A DNA stretch of 64,000 bases, taken from positions 18,972,001-19,036,000 of the forward strand of contig NC_083227.1 of the NCBI RefSeq assembly GCF_032191835.1, read 5' to 3'. The notes under the pieces are model-generated. The model ran no database searches. It was given only the letters and a program-made list of their open reading frames with translations, and had not been told where the DNA came from. Each line of letters starts with the position of its first letter. The first letter of the stretch is position 1. Of the stretch, positions 24,187-36,500 are shown piece after piece. Origin of the DNA: Heteronotia binoei (Eukaryota). The position numbers and the translations under genes were made by a program.

Positions 24187-24909
24187 ATGGAGGAAGCGAA
24201 TGCACCAAAAGCAGTTCTTCGGGAGAGGCTGGAAGGAAGAGGAAGAGACCTTCATGTCCTGAAGGTTGGGACTGTGAGGGAATTTCTCCCTGGGCCCGGC
24301 CTACAACAAGTTAAGCAGAAAACTGAAGAGGGGTTTCAACAGCCCTGGGAAGACCAATGGCAGGCACTTCTCAAGGCAGTGGCATCTCCCCCCTCACAAG
24401 GTGGAAATCCATGCAAGCTGGAGTCCTCAGGCGGGGGTGAGACTAAAGATTTTCAGCCCTCCTCTGATGGAGAAACTGCTGCCAACCAGAGGTCTGGGGG
24501 AGAGGGAGAGTCCCACAGCCTGCTGAGCCTGAATGGAGACACTCTGCAGGTCTCTGGGAGACTGGGAGACTCTTCTGGGACAGTGAAAGAAGAGACTGTG
24601 GATGAGGACGATGTTGGTTTGGAAGTATGGCAGCAGCGCTTCAGGACTTTCTGCTATGAGGAGCACGGGGGTCCTCGACACGCTTTCGGCCATCTCCAGA
24701 AACTCTGCCATCAGTGGCTGAAACCAGAGAGGCACACCAAGGAGCAGATCCTGGAGCTGCTGATCCTGGAACAGTTCCTAGTCATCCTTCCACAGGAAAT
24801 GCAAAGCTGGGTGAAGGAACATGACCCCAAGAGTTGCACCTGGGCAGTGAGCTTGGCAGAGGATTTCCTGAGGAGAAGGCCCGAAGAAACCGAGACGCAG
24901 GAACAACAG
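24187..24909 (+). CDS. Gene B exon: N-terminus plus SCAN domain (SCAN-ZNF, predicted 684 aa in total)
   Basis: Acceptor ttttctcttccag at 24160, aaaATGG start, SCAN motif [62 protein letters not shown]; phase-0 donor cag|gtgagg. Confidence 0.92.
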
Positions 24910-25039
24910 GTGAGGCTGTTATCACAATCCCTGGAGGCCCAAGGATGGCTTCCACGCCTCTGTCCCTCTCATGCAGAATGGCAGGAACTCCGTTGAGCTT
25001 TCTCATGGTCTGTCTGATGTCATGTGTATGACCTATGTA

Positions 25040-25330
25040 AAAAAAAGGTAAAGGTAGTCCCCTGTGCAAGCACCAAGCGTTACTGACTCATGGGGTGATG
25101 TCACATCATGATGTTTTCTTGGCAGACTTTTTTGTTACGGGGTGGTTTGCCATTGCCTTCCCCAGTCAGCAAGCTGGGTACTCATTTTACTGACCTCGGA
25201 AGGACGGAAGCTGAGCCAACCTTGAACCTTGAACTACCTGAACCCAGCTTCTGCCAGGATCGAACTCAGGTAGTGAGCAGAGCTTGGACTGCAGTACTGC
25301 AGCTTATCACTCTGCACTACAGGGCTCCTG
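25040..25330 (-). mobile_element. Sauria SINE with 11-bp TSD
   Basis: TSD tgacctatgta at 25029-25039 and 25331-25341; aaaggtaaaggt is the reverse complement of the ACCTTT tail. Confidence 0.85.
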
Positions 25331-26404
25331 TGACCTATGTACCTAGGTGTTTATACCAGCAAATTCCCCAAGAATATGGAATGTTTCTGAACATTCCAAG
25401 ACAGCCTCTTGGGGTCACAAGAGGCTTCATCGCTGAGACAGCGATGAAAGCCTTTACCGTGTTACAACACGGGTGGAAAAGATTTTGACTGGCCAGGTCA
25501 GGAAGTATTTGCCGCACAGGTGTTACAGGAGGGTTTTTCATCTATACTTTCTTTATTTATTTTAGTATATTTGTATTCTGTCCATTCCTCGTAGGTACAA
25601 CATATGATAAAACAATAAAAAACAATAAAAACATTTTATAAGCAAACAACTCAACAGTGTGACTTTTGCTGCCCCAGCTCTTTTCTAAAATGTCATGCTT
25701 GGAGAGATTTTACTTGTGCAGGGAGTCACAAATAAAACCAGTCCGTTATCTGCTGCTCTTGGTACCTTCCCACACACTCCCACCTCCAGTGGGGGAAGTC
25801 CACATAATCCATATATCTGAGCCATGACTTGTGCAGACTTGGCGTTCTGTCAAGTAATCCTACAAACCAGTAACACTTCACCTAACTAATACAGAGGAAG
25901 TGTGACTACCTCCTAGCCCTGATATACCAGCACCAGCTTCTGGATTTTATTTTATTTATTCTATTTAGCGGATTTATATTCTGCCCTTTCTCATATGGGT
26001 TCAGGGTGGATTACAGGCATAAAAACAGATAAAATACACAATAAATTAATAGTCTACAATTAAACAATTACAACTCACTAAAAAATGTAATACAGGCGGG
26101 ACAGGGCACATTTTGCAAATTAAAACATAGTTAACAGCCCAAATATAATTGTTCAGATGGTAAGTCATGGTGGGGGAAGACAATAGGTGATATTATAGAC
26201 AATAAAAAGAGAGGATGCCCGCTTGCCTCAGCCAAGGCCTGGCGGAACAGCTCCATCTTACAGGCCCTACGGAATGGTTACCAGTAGGGCCCGGATCTCC
26301 ATGGGGAGCTGATTCCACCAGGTCGGGGCCAGGGCTGAAAAAGCCCTGGCCTTTGAGGTAAGTCAGACATTCTTTGGGACATTCTGTTGATATTTCTGTT
26401 CTAG

Positions 26405-26528
26405 GCATTGGTGTCGTTTGCCAAGGAGGAGAAGTTGGAGAATTTGTCCAAGACTGAGCAGCAGCCATTGGACGGTGTGAAAGCTGAGCCCACTGGAGAG
26501 GACAGTGACAGGGACGCCACCTTGAAGG
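26405..26528 (+). CDS. Gene B middle exon (124 nt, phase 0-1), vestigial KRAB-A-like
   Basis: tttctgttctag|GCA ... AAG G|gtaaga; encodes ALVSFAKEEKLENLSKTEQQPLDGVKAEPTGEDSDRDATLK(G); the phases join the SCAN exon to the ZNF exon. Confidence 0.75.
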
Positions 26529-26871
26529 GTAAGAAGTCACAGGCCTAAATTACTGAATACTGCACAGTTCCTGGAGTAAATCTAGCATGCACACACAAAC
26601 ACACTCTCCACTGTGGTGTGCTACACAAAGTGTCAGATTAGGGCTGAGAAAAAATCTTCTGAAGGAATTATCTGCCCTGGTTAGCATAGTTTAATGACTA
26701 ACAGTGTAATTCCAAGCATAATTGCACTTTTCCACTTTCACTAAAGCTTAGAAAGGTAAAACGCTGCTTAGGAAAGCGCTGCAGAGAACAAATCAGGACC
26801 TGGGAGGGTACTGGTTCAAATCTTGGCAGCTGCCTCAAACTGACCAGGTGGCCCTAAGCAAGCCACCCTAG

Positions 26872-27710
26872 AATCATAGAATCACAGAGTTGGAAGGGAC
26901 CTCTAGGATCATCTAGTCCAACCCCTTCACAATGCAGGAAACTCAAACACCTCCCCCCAAATTCACAGGATCTTCATTGCTGTCAGATGGCCATCTTGCC
27001 TCTGTTTAAAAACCTCCAAGGAAGGAGAGCCCACCACCTCCTGAGGAGGCCTGTTCCACTGAGGAATTGCTCTAATGGTCAGGAAGTTCTTCCTAATATT
27101 GAGCCAGAAACTCTTTTGATTTAATTTCAACCCATTGGTTCTGGTCCTACCTTCCAGGGCCACAGAAAACAATTCCACACCATCCTCTATATGACAGCCC
27201 TTCAAGTACTTGAAGATGGTGATCATATCACCTCTCAGCCACCTCCTCTCCAGGCTAAACATGCCTAGTTCCTTCAACCTTTCTTCATAGGTCTTGGTTT
27301 CCAGACCCGTCACCATCTTCATCGCCCTCCTCTGGACCCGTTCCAGCTTGTCTATATTCTTCTTAAAATGTGGTGTCCAAAACTGAACACAATACTCCAG
27401 GTGAGGTCTTACCAGAGCAGAGTAAAGCGATACCATCACATCACATGATCTGGACACTATACTTCTGTTGATACAACCCAAAATTGCATTTGCCTTTTTA
27501 GTCACCACATCTCACTGTTGACTCATGTTCAGCATATGATCCACTAAGACCCCTAGATCTTTTTCGCACATACTGTTACTAAGACAAGTATCCTCCATCC
27601 TATAACCATGCATTGGATTTTTCCTACCTAAATGCAGAACTTTACATTTATCCCTGTTAAAATTCATTTTATTGATTTTAGCCCAGTTTTCCAGCCTGTC
27701 AAGGTCATCC
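26872..27710 (-). mobile_element. CR1 LINE 3' fragment, family A
   Basis: ORF 26963-27508: AILGCINRSIVSRSCDVMVSLYSALVRPHLEYCVQFWTPHFKKNIDKLERVQRRA...; tail ttctatgattct. Confidence 0.92.
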
Positions 27711-28015
27711 TCAGTTAAACATTAAAACATCAATAAAACAAAATTTAAAACCACAGATTAATTTGGTGCTACAAATATAACATAGCTTTGCATAGTGATG
27801 GTATAATTCCGCATTAAAAAGCCAGCTGGAAGAGGCATCTGGGGTAGGAGGATGTTTATTTGTTTATTTGAACCATTTGAGTGGGGCTTTTCTGCTACTT
27901 CATTCAAAGTGGTTTAGAATTAAGCAGGGCTTTTGTTGTAGCAGGAACTCCTTTGCATATTAGGCCACACCTCCCTGATGTAGCCAGTCCTCCTGGAGCA
28001 TTTAGTTCTTAATTG

Positions 28016-28197
28016 CAGGGCTTTTTTTATAGCAGGAACTCCTTTGCATATTAGGCCACACCTCCCTGATGTAGCCAGTCCTCCTGGAGCTTACAGTAGG
28101 CCCTTTACTAAGAGCCTTGTAAGCTCTTGGAGGATTGGCTACATCAGGGGTGTGTGGCCTAATATGCAAAGGAGTTCCTGCTATAAAAAAAGCCCTG
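28016..28197. mobile_element. CAGGGCTTTTT-TIR hAT-like MITE
   Basis: Termini cagggctttttt / aaaaaagccctg. Relatives at 29248-29364 (TSD gttgagac/gttgagat), 56355-56553 (TSD actaccat/actactat), and ~23495-23660, 35522-35705, 42600-42783. Confidence 0.75.
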
Positions 28198-29604
28198 CAA
28201 TTAAGAACTAAACCTGCAATACAATATACACAACAGGGGGTCAGAAAAGGGAAGAGGAAACAAAGCAAATTCCGATTCATTAGGTAGTTTTCTGGTGTAG
28301 GCTGGGAAGAGATTCCTGGAGACAGAGAACCCTTATTTTATTTACGTATAATATGTATACCCTACCATCCCATAAAACATACATTCAAAGTGGTGTACAA
28401 CCTTCCATTAAAACAATAAACGCAATAAAATAAAAAATAAAAACAACAAAAAGCAATAAAAGCAACCAAGAAGAGAGTGCATATGCTAAAACAACAGCCC
28501 TTAGAGAAACCAGATACAGCAGACAGAAGATAAAATAGATGACAACTGTCAGCATCTATAAAAGCCTTCAGTCACAGCTGAAGTCAGATGATATAACGCT
28601 CCACTAAAGTATCTTGAGGCAGATGTAAAGACTTTGAGAGAGGAAAAGTGTTTTTCCTGGCATGCCTGAGCTTGCAGAACTAGCACCAGGCCAGTTTTTG
28701 GGGGGAGAGTGTTCACAAGCTTTGGTGCTACCCCAGAGCAAGGCCTGCTTTTTCTGCTCACCCACTTTGCCAGTGACTGCTCAGATGGTTTCCTGAGCCC
28801 AGATGGCATAGGTTTCTACTAATAACAACTAACCCTTTGAATCCTTAAATGGCTATAACAGCTAAAAACTGGTTAAGATGCTATGTGCCACAGAGGAGAT
28901 CAGCTTCAGAGAGCCAGTTTGGTGTAGTGGTTATGAGTGGTGGACTCTAATCTGGATTGATTCCCCATTCCTCTTCCACATGCAGCCTGCTGGGTGACCT
29001 TGGATCAGTCACAGCTCTTGAAAGGGCTCCTCTCTCAAGAGCAGTTCTCGAAAGAGCTCTCTCAGCCCCACCTACCTCACATCACAGGGTATCTGTTGTA
29101 GAGAGAAGGAGGGAGGAAGATTGTAAGCTGCTCTGAGACTCTGAGTAAAGGGCGAGGTCTAAATGCAATCTCTTCTTCTTCAGTCTAAAAGAATGTCAGA
29201 GATAAGATGAATGATGGAAGGGTGCAGCGTACACAATCAGTTGAGACCAGGGCTTTTTTGAGCAGAAACGCACAGGAAAGCAGTTCTGGCTGGCTTGGTG
29301 TCAGGAGGTGTGGCCTAATATGCAAATGAGTTCCTGCTGGGCTTTTTCTACAAAACAAGCCCTGGTTGAGATACCAGAACTTAAGGAGCGGATGGGTGAA
29401 AGTGAAATGGGTGGAGGAGATCCAGCAGACTTCGAAGGGGTTTTGAAGTGACCACATTGAAATCGCAACAGGCTATGTATTGTACAGGGGGGAATTCAGC
29501 TGATTCTTTGGCAGTAGGTTTTCTCATTTTCCTGTATTTTCTGTTTTACTGTCTACTCTCCTCACAAACAAAGCCTGTTTCACGTTTTCCGCTTCTTCCT
29601 ACAG

Positions 29605-30812
29605 AGCCTGAGCACAGCCAGCTTGCCGAAGAAAAGAAAGCCTATCAGTGCTCTCGCTGTGAGAAAAGCTTCCTCTGGAGATCCCACCTCACAAGGCATG
29701 AGAGGACACACACGGGAGAGAAACTGTACGGCTGCTCAACTTGTGCAAAAAGCTTTGCTCAGGCATCCCATCTTGCCATCCACGAGAGAACCCATACGGG
29801 AGAGAAACCGTATAAATGTACAGTGTGTGGGAAAAGCTTCAACCAGAGTTCAGTCCTTTCCCGACACATGAAGAGCCACACAGGGGAGAGAGGGGGCAAA
29901 GGCTGTGAGAAAAGCCAGGAGAGGTCACCTCTTACAAAATACATAACGACCCTCACAGGAGAGAAATTATATCAATGTTCATGGTGCGAGAAAACCTTCA
30001 AGCAAAGGTCTCAACTCCCCAAACATGAAAGGATCCATACAGGAGAGAAACCGTTTTCATGTTTGATGTGTGGGAAGAGTTTCATTGCCAATTCCGATCT
30101 GACTGTTCATGAGAGAATCCATACGGGGCAAAAACCGTACACGTGCTCCTATTGCAGCAGGGGCTTCAGTAACAGTTCGGCTCTTTCGAAACACAAAAGG
30201 TCCCACACGGGAGAGAAACCGTATAAATGCCTGACCTGCGGGAAAGGCTTCAGCGACACTTCAGACCTCACCAAGCATAAAAGGACCCATACGGGAGAGA
30301 AGCCATACCAGTGCTCTGAGTGCGAGAAAAGGTTCAGTGACAGCTCACAGCTGGCGAAACATGAGAGGACACACATGGAGGAGAAGCCATACAAATGCTT
30401 TGTCTGTGGGAAAGGCTTCCGTGAAAGCTATCGCCTCATTAGACACAAGATAAGCCACACAGGAGACAAGCCCTACGCTTGCGCAGTCTGTGGGAAACGC
30501 TTCATTGACCAATCAGGCTGTGAGAAACACAAGAAAAGTCACACGGGCGAGAAGCCACACAAGTGCTCAGTCTGCAGCAGAAGCTTCAGTGCGAGATCAA
30601 ACCTTCTCAGCCATCGCAGAGCCCACACAGGAGTGAAGCCGTACAAGTGTGCCGTCTGTGGGAAAAGTTTGAGCCGACAATCGCACCTCCTTAACCATCA
30701 CAAAACACACACCGGAGAAAAACCTTATAAGTGTGTTGACTGCGGCAGAAGCTTCATTCAAAAAACACAGCTTCTTATCCACGAAAGAACCCACAAGATG
30801 GACAGTCCATGA
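29605..30812 (+). CDS. Gene B last exon: 13 C2H2 fingers plus one degenerate finger
   Basis: Acceptor cttcttcctacag|AG (phase 1); repeated CxxC...HxxxH with TGEKP linkers; stop at 30810-30812. Confidence 0.95.
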
Positions 30813-31611
30813 TTATTCCCTATTTGGGAAGATCCCTCAAAGGGGGTCTAGTAAATGGCCTAAGAACACCACATGACCTGATACTGCTGATAGTTTCAGA
30901 CGCCAACTGTGTTGGTGTCCAGTAGAAGAGCTAGATTCGAATCCAGTAGTACTTTAGAGACCAACAAGATTTTCAGGGTATAAGTTTTGGAGAGTCAACG
31001 CTATTATTATTATTATTATATATTGCTTCATCCCAGCCAATGCCGGTCTCTAGGTGATGTACAACAAGAAATACACATACAATCAATAAAACCAGTAATT
31101 TAAAACAGTTGCTGCTACCCACAGATGAGGGGTAAATAAATATGGCCCTAATTTGTCTCCTGGGGGCAGAGAGGCCACTAGGGGCACTCCAGAAGAGCAG
31201 TGGGACAAATAAATCAATAAATATTTCATCTCCAGCAGTCAAAAATCTTTATATTTCCCCCCTCCGCCGGTTTGGTGTAGTGGTTAAGTGTGCGGACTCT
31301 TCTCTGGGAGAACCGGGTTTGATTCCCCACTTCTCCACTTGCACCTGCTGGCATGGCCTTGGTTCAGCCATAGCTCTGGCAGAGGTTGTCCTTGAAAGGG
31401 CAGCTGCTGGGAGAGCCCTCTCCAGCCCCACCCACCTCACAGGGTATCTGTTGTGGGGGAGGAAGGTAAAGGAGATTGTGACCGCTCTGAGACTCTTCGG
31501 AGTGGAGGGTGGGGTATAAATCCAATATCTTCTTCTTCTTCTTTTTTTACAGTGGGGAACAAGCTGTTCTTGGATGCTGTACTTTAAAAAGAATTCAGGC
31601 AGCCCTGTCCT

Positions 31612-31790
31612 GGGTAGCCCAGGCAAGCCCGATCTCATCAGATCTTGGAAGCTAAGCAGGGCCAACTCTGGTTAGTACTTGGATGAGAGACCTCTTTGAA
31701 ATACCAGCAGTCAGGAGGCAGAGGCAGGCTTTACTCAGTTTACTCAGAATAGCCTCTAGTCCCTCAGTAGGGGTCAGTTACCAGAGGTTG
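31612..31790 (+). mobile_element. 5S rRNA-derived SINE fragment
   Basis: gcccgatctcatcagatcttggaagctaagcaggg...ctggttagtacttggatg matches the 5S internal region, but the 5S ends are absent. Relatives at ~38640-38815 (-) and ~44070-44240 (+). Confidence 0.7.
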
Positions 31791-32982
31791 TCATGACTTC
31801 CAGGTGCAGATGCACACACACACAAAATACAAAAATACCGAAAAAGAGAATAATTCAGGCAGAAGAGGGGGGAAACATACCTATCACATTTTTATCCCAC
31901 TTTCCCCACAAGGATCCCAAGGTGACATACATAGTTCTTGTCCCCACGCTTCCATTTTATCTCACCGCCCCCCCCCCCCATTTGAGCATCACAACAGCCC
32001 TGTGAGATAGGTGAGACTGAGAGAATGACTTGCCCACAAGACCCAGTTGAGGGTCTTGGCTGAGTGGGGGTTTGAACCTGAGTCTCTTGTTCCAGCAGGC
32101 TAGCCACTGCTTCACACTGTTTTTCTGTGTTTACACTTGTCTCATGATGAGGTCATCTATTCCTGAGATAAAGCATCACTCGTAATGTGAGGAAGAAAGC
32201 ACATCTGAAGAAAAAAGAGCTTTTGCTTTTTTGAAAGTAGGCCTGTGCAAGTTTTGAGGCACCAAAACAAATGCAGCCCACAACTTCACCAAGTCACCAA
32301 GACAAATACATGCCACAGTCTGGATCATATGTTCAGCTGTATAAGTGTTGAATGTAACATAAGAATCAATTTGCGCATGTACAAAGAAAAATAAAGTGTA
32401 CACTGTGCATGGATTGTACATGCATTCACTATAACTTATGAACAGGGCAACTACTATAAGAACATAAGAGAAGCCATGTTGGATCAGGCCAGCGGTCCAT
32501 CCAGTCCAACACTGTGTCACTCAGTGGCCAAAAAACCCAACAACAGGTGCCATCAGAAGGTCCACTAGTGGGGCCAGGACACTAGAAGCCCTCCCACTGT
32601 CCTCTCCCCACCACCCCCGGCACCAAGAATACAGAGCATTGCTGCCCCAGACAGAGAGTTCCATCTATATCTTGTCGCTAATAACCACTGATGAACCTCT
32701 GCTCCATATATTTATCCAATCCCATCCTGAAGCCGTCTATGCTTGTAGCTGCCACCACCTCCCGTGGCAGTGAATACCATGTGTTCATCACCCTTTGGGT
32801 GAAGATGTACTTCCTTTTATCTCACTATCAAATAGTGGGAAAGTTCCCTACCAGGAGGCTGAAGACTTTGGGGCTTTTCCCTTTATCAAACAAGACTACT
32901 GAGATGGGAGGGACCTGATAGAGGGTTATAACATTATGCATACGGGGAGGGGTGGGATAGTGATGACTTTCCTTCTTTCTTA

Positions 32983-33270
32983 AAAAGGTATTCCCTTGTG
33001 CAAGCACCAGTGGTTTCCGACTCTGGGGTGACGTTGCTTTCACAACGTTTTCACCCCGTTTTTACGGGGTGGTTTGCCATTGCCTTCCCCAGTCATCCAC
33101 ACTCTCCCCTCAGCAAGCTGGGTACTCATTTTACCGATCTTGGAAGGATGGAAGGCTGAGTCAACCTGAGCCGGCTACCTGAACCAGCTTCTGCCAGGGA
33201 TTGAACTCTGGTCATGAGCAGAGTTCAGACTGCAGTACTGCAGCTTTACCACTCTGCGCCACGGGGCTCT
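32983..33270 (-). mobile_element. Sauria SINE with 15-bp TSD
   Basis: TSD tttccttctttctta at 32968-32982 and 33271-33285. Confidence 0.85.
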
Positions 33271-34779
33271 TTTCCTTCTTTCTTACAGCACTCGAAATTG
33301 GGATGCCTAATGAAATTGGCAGGCAGTGGATTCAACACTGGGCTAGGGAAGGCAATTGCGTTGGAGAGGGAAAAAGTCTTTCCCCTTTAATGGAGGCCTA
33401 AATAGGGATGCCAGCCTCCAGGTGGGACCTGGGGATCCCCCAGAATTATACCTCATCTCCAGACTGCAGACATCAGTTTCCCTGGAGGAAATGGCTGCTT
33501 TGGAGGGTGGGCTCTGTGGCACTGCACCCGACTGAGGTCCTTGTCCTTCCAGTCTCCCTCCTCCAATCTCCAGGCGTTACCCAGCCTGGATATGGCAACT
33601 CTACCCCTTCATCCCCTGTCAGTGGCTGCAGTGGGGGAACCTGGCAACCCTAAATAGCATAGTTTTCCCTAAATCCAGGTTGGGGAAAGTCGTGGAGATT
33701 TGGAGGGGAAACTTGGGGAGGGGCCTAGTTTGGGAAGGGGAGGCATGTCGGTGGGGTGCAATGCTACATAGAGCCCATCTTCCAAAGCATCCATGTTCTC
33801 CTGGGGAACTGATTTCTGTAGTCTGGACTGGGATCCCCAGGTCCCACCTGGAGGCGACCTCCAGCCCCCCATCCCAGAGGGCTTCAGTGCCATATGTCTA
33901 TTAAAGGGGGAGGATATTTTTCACCTGGCCTGTTGACAACACCTCATCCGGAGGGGGGTGGGTCTAGGGTTGCCAAGTCCAATTCAAGAAATATCTGGGG
34001 ACTTTGGGGGTGGAGCCAGGAGACTTTGGGGGTGGAGCCAGGAGACATTGGGGCGGAGCCAGGAACAAGAGTATGACAAGCATAACTGAACTCCAAGAGA
34101 GTACTGGCCATCACATTTAAAGGGACAGCACACCTTTTTAAATGTCTTCCTTCCATAGGAAATAATGAAGGATAAGGGCACCTTCTTTTGGGGCTCATAG
34201 AATTGGACCCCCTGGTCCAATCGTTTTGAAATTTGGGGTATACTTTGGGAAGAGGCTCTAGATACTATATTGAAAATTTGGTGCCTCTACCTCAAAAAAC
34301 AGCTCCCCCAGAGCCACCGAAACCTCCAGATCAATTCCCCATTATACCCTATGAGAAGACATTTCCCTCTCCACCCCCCCCCCCCCCCCCCCCCCGTTTC
34401 TGGGAAATCTGATGCAGGAGAACAGAACTCACCTCCGGAGGTGCAAAGGCACATGGTCCTTTGGGGGCGTGGCTGGGCTCCCCTCCCTTCACCGGCCAGC
34501 TGACTGGGGGTGGGAAGCAGCCTGAGAAAACGGAAGAGCTCTGGCTGCTGCGATCGGGGCTGGGTGGGAAGGGCTGCCGTTCTCCCCCCTCCCCTCCCCC
34601 CCGCTTTCCCTTTTATGGCCAGCGGGGGGAGGAGGCTCCAAATCGGAAGTCTCCAGGCCTAGCGGGGGATTTGGGAACCCTAGGTGGGTCTGCGTCAGCA
34701 AAATCTTTTTGAAAGGGGAGACTGGGGGAGGAGATAGTGTGGGCAGAATGAGGGCAAAGCCAAACCTTCGGTGACTGCT

Positions 34780-34935
34780 AGTGAGCATGCTCGGGGGGCG
34801 CCGCGCTGCGCGTCTCTATCATAATAAGAGTCCCCCTTATTCTAATCTCGCTGTTTATTCGCTCCGTCTGTCCCGTCGTCGTCTTTCCCACGGGAACTTG
34901 CTTGGGTGCTGCTAGGACTACGTAGCGATCGCAAG
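34780..34935 (+). promoter_or_regulatory. CpG-rich promoter and non-coding first exon of gene C
   Basis: CpG cluster just downstream of a MITE end (34682); donor aag|gtatgg after 34935. Confidence 0.55.
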
Positions 34936-35373
34936 GTATGGGCTTTGCCGAGGAGGGGAAATTTGGATGCAACGGCAATAGTGCATGCGGCCCCGATCCG
35001 GCAGCTTGGGGTTGGCAACTCCATGGCCTCTCTCATATGTCCCAGCAGGAGAGGCACAAAGAACCCCTCCCCATCCATTTTAAACATTGAAAAGTATTTA
35101 ATTGCAAATGGGCTGCAAAGTAATTTGAAGTCTTTTGCAGCAGCCTAAGATCCTCCCCGCCCCATGCCTCTGTCCCTCCCCATTTCTCATTGCTCTTATC
35201 TTTTCCCCTCTGTCGGCTCCTTCCACCTAGGTTTGGGGCACAGAAAAACAAAGCCTTATATCTCCATTTTAAACCCCCTTTCCCTAACTAATTACTCTTT
35301 TTGGCCATCCTTCTAGAACCATGGGCAATGTAGTTTTTCTTTAGCCCGGGGATTGTGACCCTAAAGAGAATAA

Positions 35374-35395
35374 GGACTGCATTTCCCAGCAAGCC
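35374..35395 (+). promoter_or_regulatory. ZNF143/THAP11-type composite motif candidate
   Basis: ggactgcatttcccagcaagcc resembles the consensus GGACTACAnnTCCCAGnAnGC. Confidence 0.4.
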
Positions 35396-35857
35396 CCTTT
35401 TCCCACACAACACCCACCTTCACGCCCTTGCCCGGCTTTATTTTGGGGTGGGGGAAGTAACGTGAAAATATATTATTAGTCTGTTGCCGGGTTGTTCACA
35501 TTTACCTGAAATTAGTTCCGTCAGGGCTTTTTAAAGCAGGAACGCAATTCCGGCTGGCTTGTCAGGGGGTGTTGAGTAATACGCAAATAAGTTCATGCGG
35601 AGCTTTTTCTACAAAAAGCCCCATGTGAAACATTGGTGACGTCAGAGGGTGTGGCCGAATATGCAAATGAGTTCCTGCCGGGCCTTTTCTTCTAAAAAAG
35701 CCCATTATGTAGTAGAGCAAAGTTTGAGTCAGTGGTACCGTTAAGACCAACAAAGTTTAATTCTGCGTATAAGCTATTGTGCGCATGCATGCTCCAAATT
35801 AAACTGTGTTGTTGGTCGTAAAGGTGCCCCTGGATTCAAACTTTGTTCTGTTGCTGT

Positions 35858-36143
35858 TAAAGCTGCAGTACTGCAGTCCTAAACTCTGCTCACAACCTGA
35901 GTTCGATCCCCGGCGAAGCTGGGTTTTCCGGTAGCTGGCTTGAAGTTGACTCAGCCTTCCATCCTTCCAAGGTTGGTAAAATGAGTACCCAGTTTGCTGG
36001 GGGGGGGGGGGGGGGAGTGTGGATGACTGGGGAAGGCAATGGCAGACCACCCCGTAAAAAAGTCTGCCATGAAAACATTGTGAAAGCAATGTCACCCCAG
36101 AGTTGGAAACGACTGGTGTTTGCACAGGGGACTTTTCCTTTTC
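35858..36143 (+). mobile_element. Sauria SINE (5'-truncated)
   Basis: aagctgcagtactgcagtcc...gagttcgatccc...gcacaggggacttttcctttt. Confidence 0.8.
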
Positions 36144-36190
36144 CTGAATCCATATACAATGTATGACTTATTCCTGGGTAAATGTGCTTA

Positions 36191-36500
36191 AATCAGTCAG
36201 TCCTAAGGGAAATCAACCCAGTCTGTTCACTGGAAGGTCAGATGCTGAAGCTGAAGCTCAATCACTATGGCCACCAAATGAGAAGGGAGCACTCCCTGGA
36301 GAAGAGCCTGGTGCTGGGAAAGACAGAAGGCAAAAGAAGAAGGGGACGACAAAAGATGAGATGGCTGGACAGTGTTACTGATGTAACAAACACGAATCTG
36401 AGCAGACTTTGGAGGATGGTGGAAGACAGGAGGGCCTGGCATGACTTTGTCCATGGGGTCGCAAAGAGTCGGACTCGACTGTGCAACTGAACAACAACAA
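36191..36500 (+). mobile_element. BovB (RTE) LINE 3' end
   Basis: ORF LREINPVCSLEGQMLKLKL...GKTEGKRRRGRQKMRWLDSVTD...VHGVAKSRTRL; tail ctgaacaacaacaa; TSD aatgtgctta at 36181-36190 and 36501-36510. Confidence 0.92.

Noticed and set aside
29623-30794. Alternative-frame and antisense ORFs over the ZNF exons (also 40434-41486 and 56785-58919)
   Set aside because: Shadow ORFs caused by repetitive finger codon structure.
31627-31706. 5S rRNA gene
   Set aside because: Only the internal portion matches, with many substitutions and non-5S flanks; interpreted as a SINE head.
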